The position numbers and the translations under genes are program-made. A stretch of 64,000 nt of DNA from Mobula hypostoma (Eukaryota), in NCBI RefSeq assembly GCF_963921235.1, contig NC_086097.1:143904001-143968000 (forward strand), written 5' to 3'. Below are positions 1 through 10,039 of the stretch, piece by piece; the first letter of the stretch is position 1, and each line of letters begins with the position of its first letter. Under the pieces are notes generated by a model. That model saw only the letters and a program-made list of their open reading frames with translations. It made no database searches and was not told where the DNA came from.

Positions 1-25
1 TTATGATCATGGCTGATCATCCAAC

Positions 26-3000
26 TCAGAACCCAGCCTTCCCTCCATACCCCCTGACCCCTGTAGCCACAAGGGCCATATCTAACTTCCTTTTAAACAT
101 AGCTAATGAACTGGCCTCAACAGTTTGCTGTGGCAGAGAATTCCACAGATTCACCACTCTCTGTGTGAAGAAGTTTTTCCTAATCTCGGTCCTAAAAGGC
201 TTCCCCTCTATCCTCAAACTGTGACCCCTCGTTCTGGACCTCCCCAACATCGGGAACAATCTTGCCGCATCTAGCCTGTCCAATCCCTTTAGGATCTTAT
301 ACGTTTCAATCAGATCCCCCCTCAATCTTCTAAATTCCAATGAGTACAAGCCCAGTTCATCCAGTCTTTCTTCATATGAAAGACCTGCCATCCCAGGAAT
401 CAATCTGGTGAACCTTCTTTGTACTCCCTCTATGGCAAAGATGTCTTTCCTCAGATTAGGGGACCAAAACTGCACACAATACTCCAGGTGTGGTCTCACC
501 AAGGCCTGGTACAACTGCAGTAGTACCTCCCTGCTCCTGTACTCGAATCCTCTCGCTATAAATGCCAGCATACCGTTCGCCTTTTTCACCGCCTGCTGTA
601 CCTGCATGCCCACTTTCAATGACTGGTGTATAATGACACCCAGGTCTCGTTGCACCTCCCCTTTTCCTAATCGGCCACCATTCAGATAATAATCTGTTTT
701 CCTATTTTTGCCACCAAAGTGGATAACTTCACATTTATCCACATTAAATTGCATCTGCCATGAGTTTGCCCACTCACCCAACCTATCCAAGTCACCCTGC
801 ATCCTCTTAGCATCCTCCTCACTGCTAACACTGCCACCCAGCTTCGTGTCATCCGCAAACTTGGAGATGCTGCATTTAATTCCCTCATCCAAGTCATTAA
901 TATATATTGTAAACAACTGGGGTCCCAGCACTGAGCCTTGCGGTACCCCACTAGTCACCGCCTGCCATTCTGAAAAGGTCCCGTTTATTCCCACTCTTTG
1001 CTTCCTGTCTGCTAACCAATTCTCCACCCACACCAATACCTTACCCCCAATACCGTGTGCTTTAAGTTTGCACACTAATCTCCTGTGTGGGACCTTGTCA
1101 AAAGCCTTTTGAAAATCCAAATATACCACATCCACTGGTTCTCCCCTATCCACTCTACTAGTTACATCCTCAAAAAATTCTATGAGATTCGTCAGACATG
1201 ATTTTCCTTTCACAAATCCATGCTGACTTGGTCCGATCATTTCACCGCTTTCCAAATGTGCTGTTATCACATCCTTGATAACTGACTCCAGCAGTTTCCC
1301 CACCACCGACGTTAGGCTAACCTGCCTATAATTCCCCGGTTTCTCTCTCCCTCCTTTTTTAAAAAGTGGGGTTACATTAGCCACCCTCCAATCCTCAGGA
1401 ACTAGTCCAGAATCTAACGAGTTTTGAAAAATTATCACTAATGCATCCACTATTTCTTGGGCTACTTCCTTAAGCACTCTGGGATGCAGACCATCTGGCC
1501 CTGGGGATTTATCTGCCTTCAATCCCTTCAATTTACCTAACACCACTTCCCTACTAACATGTATTTCACTCAGTTTCTCCATCTCACTGGGCCCTCTGTC
1601 CCTTACTATTTCTGGAAGATTATTTATGTCCTCCTTAGTGAAGACAGAACCAAAGTAATTATTCAATTGGTCTGCCATGTCCTTGCTCCCCATAATCAAT
1701 TCACCTGTTTCTGTTTGCAGGGGACCTACATTTGTCTTTATCAGTCTTTTCCTTTTTACATATCTATAAAAGCTTTTACAGTCCGTTTTTATGTTCTCTG
1801 CCAGTTTTCTCTCATAATCTTTTTTCCCCTTCCTAATTAAGCCCTTTGTCCTCCTCTGCTGAACTCTGAATTTCTCCCAGTCCTCAGGTGAGCCACTTTC
1901 TCTGGCTAATTTGTATGCTACTTCTTTGGAATTGATACTATCCCTAATTTCTCTTGTCAGCCACGGGTGCACTACCTTCCTTGATTTATTCTTTTGCCAA
2001 ACTGGGATGAACAATTGTTGTAGTTCATCCATGCAACCTTTAAATGCCTGCCATTGCATATCCACCGTCAATCCTTTAAGTGTCATTTGCCAGTCTATCT
2101 TAGCTAATTCACGACTCATACCTTCAAAGTTACCCCTCTTTAAGTTCAGAACCTTTGTTTCTGAATTAACTACGTCACTCTCCATGTTAATGAAGAATTC
2201 CACCATATTATGGTCACTCTTACCCAAGGGGCCTCTCACGACAAGATCGCTAATTAACCCTTCCTCATTGCTCAAAACCCAGTCCAGAATAGCCTGCTCT
2301 CTAGTCGGTTCCTCGACATGTTGGTTCAAAAAACCATCCCGCATACATTCCAAGAAATCCTCTTCCTCAGCACCTTTACCAATTTGGTTCACCCAGTCTA
2401 CATGTAGATTGAAGTCACCCATTATAACTGCTGTTCCTTTATTGCACACATTTCTAATTTCCTGTTTAATACCATCTCCGACCTCACTACTACTGTTAGG
2501 TGGCCTGTACACAACTCCCACCAGTGTCTTCTGCCCCTTAGTGTTACGCAGCTCTACCCATATCGATTCCACATCTTCCCGGCTTATGTCCTTCCTTTCT
2601 ATTGCGTTAATCTCTTTTTTAACCAGCAACGCCACCCCACCTCCCCTTCCTTCATGTCTATCCCTCCTGAATATTGAATATCCCTGAACGTTGAGCTCCC
2701 ATCCCTGGTCACCCTGGAGCCATGTCTCTGTGATCCCAACTATATCATAATCATTAATAACAATCTGCACTTTCAATTCATCCACCTTATTATGAATGCT
2801 CCTTGCATTGACACATAAAGCCTTCAGGCGCTCTTTTACAACTCTCTTAGCCCTTTTTAATGCTTGCCCTGGATTTGTCGGCCTGCCACTTTTACTTTTC
2901 CCCTTTGTACTTTTTGCTTCTACGCTCACTTTACACCCCTCTGTCTCTCTGCACTGGTTCCCATCCCTCTGTTGTGAACTAACCTCCTCACACCTAGCCT

Positions 3001-3040
3001 CTTTAATTTGATTCCCACCCCCCAACCATTCTAGTTTAAA
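26..3040 (-). CDS. LINE ORF2: APE endonuclease + reverse transcriptase (no AUG start; frame open from 3046)
   Basis: APE motifs CVNARS, GITETW, VYRPP, MGDFN, LDWVL, SDHN; RT motifs SPGPDG, QHGF, YLDFQKAFD, GVPQGSVLGP, FADD; CR1-type C-terminus NFFTQRVVNLWNSL. The track start at 3025 is TTG and the first Met is residue ~202. Confidence 0.95.
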   Translation of the reverse strand, partial: FKLEWLGGGNQIKEARCEEVSSQQRDGNQCRETEGCKVSVEAKSTKGKSKSGRPTNPGQALKRAKRVVKERLKALCVNARSIHNKVDELKVQIVINDYDIVGITETWLQGDQGWELNVQGYSIFRRDRHEGRGGGVALLVKKEINAIERKDISREDVESIWVELRNTKGQKTLVGVVYRPPNSSSEVGDGIKQEIRNVCNKGTAVIMGDFNLHVDWVNQIGKGAEEEDFLECMRDGFLNQHVEEPTREQAILDWVLSNEEGLISDLVVRGPLGKSDHNMVEFFINMESDVVNSETKVLNLKRGNFEGMSRELAKIDWQMTLKGLTVDMQWQAFKGCMDELQQLFIPVWQKNKSRKVVHPWLTREIRDSINSKEVAYKLARESGSPEDWEKFRVQQRRTKGLIRKGKKDYERKLAENIKTDCKSFYRYVKRKRLIKTNVGPLQTETGELIMGSKDMADQLNNYFGSVFTKEDINNLPEIVRDRGPSEMEKLSEIHVSREVVLGKLKGLKADKSPGPDGLHPRVLKEVAQEIVDALVIIFQNSLDSGLVPEDWRVANVTPLFKKGGREKPGNYRQVSLTSVVGKLLESVIKDVITAHLESGEMIGPSQHGFVKGKSCLTNLIEFFEDVTSRVDRGEPVDVVYLDFQKAFDKVPHRRLVCKLKAHGIGGKVLVWVENWLADRKQRVGINGTFSEWQAVTSGVPQGSVLGPQLFTIYINDLDEGIKCSISKFADDTKLGGSVSSEEDAKRMQGDLDRLGEWANSWQMQFNVDKCEVIHFGGKNRKTDYYLNGGRLGKGEVQRDLGVIIHQSLKVGMQVQQAVKKANGMLAFIARGFEYRSREVLLQLYQALVRPHLEYCVQFWSPNLRKDIFAIEGVQRRFTRLIPGMAGLSYEERLDELGLYSLEFRRLRGDLIETYKILKGLDRLDAARLFPMLGRSRTRGHSLRIEGKPFRTEIRKNFFTQRVVNLWNSLPQQTVEASSLAMFKRKLDMALVATGVRGYGGKAGF

Positions 3041-3966
3041 GTCACCTCAGTAGCCCCCGCTAATCTCCCTGCCAGGATATTGGTCCCCCTAGGATTTAAG
3101 TGTAACCCGTCCTTTTTGTACAGGTCACACCTGCGCCAAAAGAGGTCCCAATGATCCAAAAACTTGAATCCCTGCCCCCTGCTCCAATCCCTCAGCCACG
3201 CATTTATCCTCCACCTCATCGCATTCCTACTCTCACTGTCGCGTGGCAGAGGCAGTAATCCCGAGATTACTACCTTTGCGGTCCTTTTTCTCAGCTCCCT
3301 TCCTAGCTCCCTATATTCTTCTTTCAGGACCTCATCCCTTTTCCTACCTATGTCATTGGTACCTATATGTACCAGGACCTCTGGCTCTTCACCCTCCCAC
3401 TTCAGGATATCTTGGACACGATCAGAAATATCCCGGACCCTGGCACCAGGGAGGCAAACTACCATCCGAGTCTCTGGACTGCGTCCACAGAATCGCCTAT
3501 CTGACCCCCTTACTATCGAGTCCCCTATCACAACTGCCCTCCTCTTCCTTGCCCTACCCTTCTGAGCTACAGGGCCAGACTCTGTGCCGGAGGCAGGGCC
3601 ACTGTCGCTTCCCCCGGGTAAGCTGTCCCCTCCAACAGTACTCAAACAGGAGTACCTGTTGTTAAGGGGCACAGCTGCCGGGGTACTCCCCATCACCTGC
3701 CTTTTCCCCTTCCCCCTCCTAACCGTGACCCACTTGTCTGCCTCCTGTGGCCCCGGCGTGACCACCTGCCTTCCACTCCTCTCTATCACCTCCTCGCTCT
3801 CCCTGACCAGACGAAGGTCATCGAGCTGCAGCTCCAGTTCCGTAACGCGGTCCCTTAGGAGCTGCATCTCGATGCACTTGGCGCAGATGTAGACGTCCGG
3901 GAGGCTTGGAGACTCCAGGGCCTCCCACATCCGACACCGAGAACAGCAAACTGCCCTCACAGTCAT
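3031..3966 (-). CDS. LINE ORF1: Cys zinc finger, coiled coil, SGNH/GDSL esterase domain
   Basis: CSRC..CAKC, heptad LRDRVTELELQLDDL, VIGDSIV, HIGTNDI, DGLHLN; first ATG at 3966, matching the ATG position in the copy at 61227. Confidence 0.93.
   Translation of the reverse strand: MTVRAVCCSRCRMWEALESPSLPDVYICAKCIEMQLLRDRVTELELQLDDLRLVRESEEVIERSGRQVVTPGPQEADKWVTVRRGKGKRQVMGSTPAAVPLNNRYSCLSTVGGDSLPGGSDSGPASGTESGPVAQKGRARKRRAVVIGDSIVRGSDRRFCGRSPETRMVVCLPGARVRDISDRVQDILKWEGEEPEVLVHIGTNDIGRKRDEVLKEEYRELGRELRKRTAKVVISGLLPLPRDSESRNAMRWRINAWLRDWSRGQGFKFLDHWDLFWRRCDLYKKDGLHLNPRGTNILAGRLAGATEVTLN
3034..3040 (-). other. Candidate -1 programmed ribosomal frameshift site U_UUA_AAC
   Basis: ORF1 ends ACT TTA AAC TAG; the -1 frame TTT AAA CTA GAA TGG is ORF2. 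Confidence 0.7.
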
Positions 3967-4129
3967 AATGCCCCTCTCCTCAAATAGCAACAGAAAATGA
4001 ATGTCAAACCTTCCTCGCCTCGCCCGCTTCCGCCTAAGCCCGGTGAGCCGAAGCCCTTAAGTCTTCACTCTGCTCCCGGCTCACTCCGCCGCCCGCAAAC
4101 TACGCTGCCCGCTCTCTGAGGCTCTGTTC

Positions 4130-4185
4130 CTTTTAAATCTGCCGCGCTGCACTGCCCGACGTCACACGCCTGCGCAGTCCCGCCT
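4130..4185 (-). promoter_or_regulatory. Putative internal promoter of the CR1 5'UTR
   Basis: CpG-rich; NRF1-like TGCGCAGGCG (4167-4176), CRE-like TGACGTC (4158-4164), TATA-like ATTTAAAAG (~4130-4138). Confidence 0.4.
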
Positions 4186-4273
4186 CTCAGAAAGCCGTTG
4201 GAGAAAAAAAATAACGAAAATTTCAAAAATCTCTTTCTCGGCACTCCCACTCAGACTCTCAGACTCCTTCTTC

Positions 4274-4955
4274 GAATCAAATTGAGGTCGTTTATTGTAT
4301 CTGGTGCTTCTGATGAGGCCTCCTCTACATTGGTGTGACCTGACATAAACTGGGAGATCGCTTTGTCAAGCACCTTGGCTCCATCTGCAAAATGCAGGAT
4401 TTCCCAGTGGCCAACCATTTCAATTCCTATCCCCATTCCTGTTCTGACATGTCGGTCCATGGCTTTCTCTCTTGCCATGATGAGGCCACTCTCAGGGTGG
4501 AGGAGCAATTCATCCAGGTAGCCTCCAACCTAATGGCATGAACATCAATTTCTCCTGCCAGCAATTCTTTTCTTTTTCTTCCCCTTCCCTCCTCATCTAT
4601 TCCCCGCTCTGGCCTCTTACTACTTCTCCTCACCGGCCTATCACCTCCCTCTAGGGCCCCTCCTTCTGCTATTTCCCCAGAGTCCACTCTCCTCTCCTAT
4701 CAGGTTCCTTCTTCTCCAGCCCTTTGTCTTTTTCACCTATCACCTCCCAGCTTCTTACCTCATACTCCCTCCTTTGCTCACCTGGCTTCACCTATCACCT
4801 TCTAGCTTGTCCTCCTTCCCCTTCCCCTACCTTGTTTTTAATTCTGGCACCTTTTCCCTTCCTCTCCAGTCCTGATGAAGGGTCTCGGCCCAAAATGTCA
4901 ACTGTGTCGTTACTTCCAGAGACTTGCTGCATTCCTTAAATATTTTGTGTGTACA
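4274..4955 (+). mobile_element. Decayed Penelope-like 3' fragment (GIY-YIG end + pLTR)
   Basis: Homologous to 36975-37680; degenerate hammerhead at 4868-4903. Confidence 0.8.
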
Positions 4956-5227
4956 GCCCAAATGCCATATTTAAGTTTGCTGAGAATACCACCGTTGTAA
5001 GCTGAATCAAAGATGGTGATGGATCGGCATTTAGGAGGGAGGTTGAAAATCCGGTTGAATGCTGCCAGAACAACAACCTCTCACTCAAAGTCAGTAAAAT
5101 GTTAGAGCTGATTATTGGCTACAGAAGGAAAAAAACTGGAGGTCCCTGAGCCAGTTCTCTTGAGAGGATCAGAGGTGGAGAGGGCCAGTAACTTTAAATT
5201 TCTTGGTGTTACTATATCAGAGGATCT

Positions 5228-7495
5228 CAAAGTTCAATGTAAATGTATTATTAAAGTACATGTATGTCATCATATACAGCCCTAAGATTAATTTTCTTGT
5301 GGCCATTTAGTAAATAGAAATGAACACAATAGAATTGATGATAAAGCACACAAGACAGACGGACAAATAACCAATGTGCAAAAGACAACAAACTGCAAAT
5401 ACAAAAAGAAAATAATAATAATAATAAATAATTCAGTAATAACTATCAAGAACATGAGTTATTGAGTCCTTAAAAGTCAGTCTGTAGGTCGTGCAATCAG
5501 TTCAGTGTTGAGCTGTTCAAATTATCCTCTCTGATTCAAGGGCCTGATGGTTGATGGGTAATAACTGTTCCTAAACCTGGTGGTGTGGGTCCTGAGGCTC
5601 CTGAATTTTCTTCCTGATGGCAGCAGTGAGAAGAGAGCATGGGCTGAGTGCTATGGGTCATTGATGATGGATGCTGCTTTCATAGAAACATAGAAAACCT
5701 ACAGCACAATACAGGCCCTTCGGCCCACAAAGCTGTGCCAAACATGTCCCTACCTTAGAACTACCTAGGCTTTACCTATAGCCCTCTATTTTTCTAAGCT
5801 CCATGTAACCGTCCAGGAGTCTCTTAAAAGACCCTATCATTTCCGCCTCCACCACCGCTGCCGGCAGCACTCTCTACATAAAAAACTTACCCCTGACATC
5901 TCCCCTGTACCTGCTTACAGGCACCTTAAAACTATGCCCTCTCATGCTAGCCATTTCAGCCCTGGGGAAAAGCCTCTGACTATCCACATGATCAATGCCT
6001 CTCATTATCTTGTACACCTCTATCAGGTCACCTCTCATCCTCTGTCGCTCCAAGGAGAAAGGGCCGAGTTCACTCAACCTATTCTTATAAGGCATGCTCC
6101 CCAATCCAGGCAACATCCTTGTAAATCTCCTCTGCACACTTTCTATGGTTTCCACGTCCTTCCTGTAGTGAGGTGACCAGAACTGAGCACAGTACTCCAA
6201 GTGGGGTCTGACCAGGGTCCTTTATAGCTGCAACATTACCTCTCGGCTCCTAAACTCAATCCCACGATTGATGAAGGCCAATGCTCCATATGCTTTCTTA
6301 ACTACAGAGTCAACCTGCACAGCAGTTTTGAGTGTCCTATGGAATCGGACCCCAAGATCCCTCTGGTCCTCTACACTGCCAAGAATCTTACCATTAATGC
6401 TATATTCTGCCATCATATTTGACCTAGCAAAATGAATCACCTCATGCTTATCTGGGTTGAACTCCATCTGCCACTTCTCAGCCCAGTTTTGCATCCTATC
6501 AATGTCCCGTTGTAACCTCTGACAGCCCTCCACACTATCCACAACACCCCTAACCTTTGTGTCATCAGCAAATTTACTAACCCATTCTTCCACTTCCTCA
6601 TCCAGGTCATTTATAAAAATCACAAAGAGTAGGGGTCCCAGAACAGATCCCTGAGGCACATCACTGGCCTCCATGCAGAATATGACCCGTCTACAACCAC
6701 TCTTTGCCTTCTGTGGGCAAGCCAGTTCTAGATCAACAAAGCAATGTCCCCTTGGGTCCCATGCCTCCTTACTTTCTCAATAAGCCTTGCATGGGGTACC
6801 TTATCAAATGCCTTGCTAAAATCCATATACAGTACATCTACGGCTCTACCTTCATCAATGTGTTTAGTCACATCCTCAAAAAATTCAATCAGGTTCGTAA
6901 GGCACGACCTGCCTTTGACAAAGCCAGGCTGACTATTTCTAATCATATTATGCCTTTCCAAATGTTCACAAATCCTGCCTCTCAGGATCTTTCTCCATCA
7001 ACTTACCAACCACTGAAGTAAGACTCACTGGCCTATAATTTCCTGGGCTATCCCTACTCCCTTTCTTGACTAAGGGAACAACACCTGCAACCCTCCAATC
7101 CTCCAGACCCTCTCCCGTCCTCATTGATGATGCAAAGATCATTGCCAGAGGCTCAGCAATCTCCTCCCTCGCTTCCCACAGTAGCTTGGGGTACATCCTG
7201 TCCGGTCCCGGAGACTTATCCAACTTGATGCTTTCCAAAAGCTCCAGCACATCCTCTTCCTTAATATTTCCTGTGACAGTACTCCTTGTAAATGTGCTCA
7301 GTGGTGAGAAGGGCTTTACCAAAAATGTATCCGTTACTTCTTGTAGTTCTTTTTCTGTTCAGGGGCATTGGTATACTCATACCAGCCATGACGCAACCAG
7401 TCAATATATTCTCCACCACGTATCTATAGAAGTTTGTCAAAGATCTAGATGCGTTGCCAAACCTTGCAAGTGCCATTACAAAGAACGCATGGCAG
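5228..7495 (-). mobile_element. Rex/Babar-like LINE 3' fragment, split by a CR1 insertion
   Basis: LTNFYRYVVENILTGC motif (7261-7476); 3' part at 5228-5680 homologous to 63135-63600. Confidence 0.75.
5681..7265 (-). mobile_element. 5'-truncated, frameshifted CR1 ORF2 fragment with tail
   Basis: ORF pieces KSPGPD, YMDFSKAFD, PQGSVLGP/FADD, EYCAQFW; (catagaaa) tail at 5681. Confidence 0.92.
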
Positions 7496-9891
7496 TGCCT
7501 CTACTTTCTTAGATTTGGCATATCATTTCAAACTTAGAAAAATTTCTATAGATGCACCAAAGAGAGTATCCTGCATCACAGTCTGGTATGAAAACAACAG
7601 CAGAAATGCCTACAAGAAGTGGCAGATACAGCCCAGTCCTTCAGAGGAAAAGCCCTCCCCCCATCAAGCACATCTAAAAGAATGCTGGTGTCAGAAAGCA
7701 GCATCCATCATCAACAAACCCTACCATCCAGGCCACGCTTGCCTTTCGCTGCTGCCATCGGGAAGGAGGTACAGGAGACTTAGGTCCCCTGACACAAGGT
7801 TCAGAAACAATTATTACCCTTCAACCATCAGGTTCCTGAACCAGCATGGATAACTTCACTCATCTCAACCCTGAGCTGATTCTGTGGCCATCTTCATCGA
7901 CTCTACAGCTCATGTTCACAGTATAATTTATTCATTTATTATTATTATTAATATTGAATTTGCACAGATTTTCTTCTTTTGCACATTGGTCGTTTGTCAC
8001 TCTTTGTGTGTAATTTGTGATTGATTCTATTTCATTTCTGTGTTCTACTGTGAACATTTGCAAGAAAATCAATTTCAGTGTAGTATATGGTGACATATAC
8101 ATACTTTGCTAATACATTTACTTTGAACTTTGATTATACAGTGATAACTCCCCTGCAAAGATCCAATTACCCGACCAACTGGGCTAGCCCTTATTCAATT
8201 GACAGCAGTCCCATCTGTGGATCAAAAGGTTATGGGTGCAATTCTCATTCCAGTAAACTGAGAATACAGATAAGCAGATATAAGTATAAAAGGGAAAAAA
8301 ACAGGAAATTCCTGTCGGTGCACTGACAAATATTTATTCTTTATCCAACAGAGTCATAAAGAAAATCAGGACATTTGACTCACCGAGTCTATGCTAACCA
8401 TTATCTGCCATTTACATTAATTCTTCACTAATCTAGTTTTTCTTCTAGTTAATGTAGTAAACTTGAAATGCCTTGGGAAAGTGTATTAAAACTGCACATT
8501 AAAACTACAATAACAATCTGCCATCAGGATGTGACAGTACATAAAACTATTTTATGTCTGACCTCAACCTATATTTTTTTCAAATTAACCTCCCACATGA
8601 TCTGCAGATCAATAGTTAAATCAGGTGGAAGATAAAATTGTTTAGGCGGTACTTTAACAGCTCAATAAAGCCTTGCTGAAGGCTGGCATGGGCAGATGTA
8701 CTCAGATGATGATGTCAGTCTGCTTGTCTCCTCAGGCAAGATATCTCTAATTATTGGAAATCACCTTGCTTGTCCAGAGATGCAAGTAGTCGTTACTTTT
8801 TCAGCAGTTTCTATCTGATGTAGCCTTGATTCTGAGAGAGCTCCCTCAGTTATTCACTCACTGTGCAGAGTGAGCTACCAACTCTGAGGATATTATGAGT
8901 TGTTAGCTGTGATTAATCCCGATACAAGGAAGTTTCGTTGTCTCCAATCACTCTGCCCTAGTTTTCCTTCCATCGCTCACTTGTTGCTTTACTATCATGG
9001 TTTCAGAAGAAGTGCTTCCTAACAATTACGAAACTGTTCTGCTAAGTTACTTGGTTTCATTCAACATGAGTTCACTAATGCTGCTATGCACACTGGTTAA
9101 CGTGGGAGCCCTCCTGTTTCTTTCGACTACGGAAAGGAGTTCCTATTACATTGATCGCATTCCATTCAGTGATATCCAGGAGATCAATCTCCATTTCTTA
9201 CAGTGTTGATAACCTCTTTTCTACATTCCCATTCACTCTTTGTAAAACTTATGTAAGTCCAATAATGATGGTGATGTCAAAAAGAACAGAAGAACACAAG
9301 AAATAGGAGCAGTCGGCCATCTGGCCTATCGAGCCTGTTCTGCCATTCAATAAGATCATGGCTGATCTGGCCATGGACTCATCTCCACCTACCTGCCCTT
9401 TCCCCATAACCCTTAATTCCTCTACTATGCAAAAGAGAACTTAGAGAGTCAAAAATATTAGAGATAAGAGAGAAGAAGAACTTAGTACTGTTCATTGGTG
9501 TCTGTGTCAGACGTGTTTGTTAATTTTAAACAATGATCTAAAAAGTTGCCTTGAATTCAAAGCTCAATTGCCCTCCTTGAGTCTTTCCCATTTAACAGCC
9601 ATGGGTTTGCGTTTGTGCCTTGGTTAGGGACATTGAAATAGTCTAATCATTGTCCTTGTGTAATCCCATTTTTGAACAGCCAGAGGATATGCGGGGTAAA
9701 TAGTTTTTCTCTCTCGGAATCAAACTCTGACAAGTGACAGATGGCTTGCTTTGAGGTCTAATTCTATTCTTCCCCCCTCCCTCCCCTATAGCTCTGGGAA
9801 TAAAGGACATGACCAGCACCATCTGTTAGAGACAGCTGTCAGCACGCGTCTGGCTGGCTTCGAAGAGGCCATGGGAGGGAAATGAGAGTGC

Positions 9892-9905
9892 CTGCCACCT
9901 GCTGG
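9892..9905 (-). promoter_or_regulatory. CTCF consensus site
   Basis: CCAGCAGGTGGCAG matches CCASYAGRKGGCRS exactly, in apparently non-repeat DNA. Confidence 0.45.
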
Positions 9906-10039
9906 CAGCATTGTGGCACAGGGCAACCCATGCACCACAGCATATTGAATGGGGACCCACTTCACACAGACTCTTGGGGGTTGCAGCTGTGAGCAGAGGT
10001 GAGAAGGGCAGGCAGTTAAATAACCTTTACATCAAGAGG

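Larger units (their letters stand above)
1..4273 (-). mobile_element. Apparently intact CR1-clade LINE (5'UTR, ORF1, ORF2); the 3' tail runs off the window start
   Basis: Two uninterrupted ORFs; CpG-rich 5'UTR at ~3970-4273; 3' region nearly identical to the tailed copy at 52097-52628. Confidence 0.95.
4960..8130 (+). mobile_element. Rex/Babar-like LINE fragment (4960-5227 and ~7500-8130) interrupted by nested insertions
   Basis: RT motif KFAENTT..NNLSL; KAASII..HPGH..LLPSGRRYR..TRFRNNYYP; tail (actttga)n. Confidence 0.75.

Noticed and set aside
3003..3029. AUG 1 nt after the ORF1 stop as a reinitiation start for ORF2
   Set aside because: Out of frame with ORF2, ends after 8 codons, and not consistently present in the other copies
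408..3892. Plus-strand ORFs up to 258 aa
   Set aside because: Antisense shadows of the CR1 ORFs, with no independent motifs
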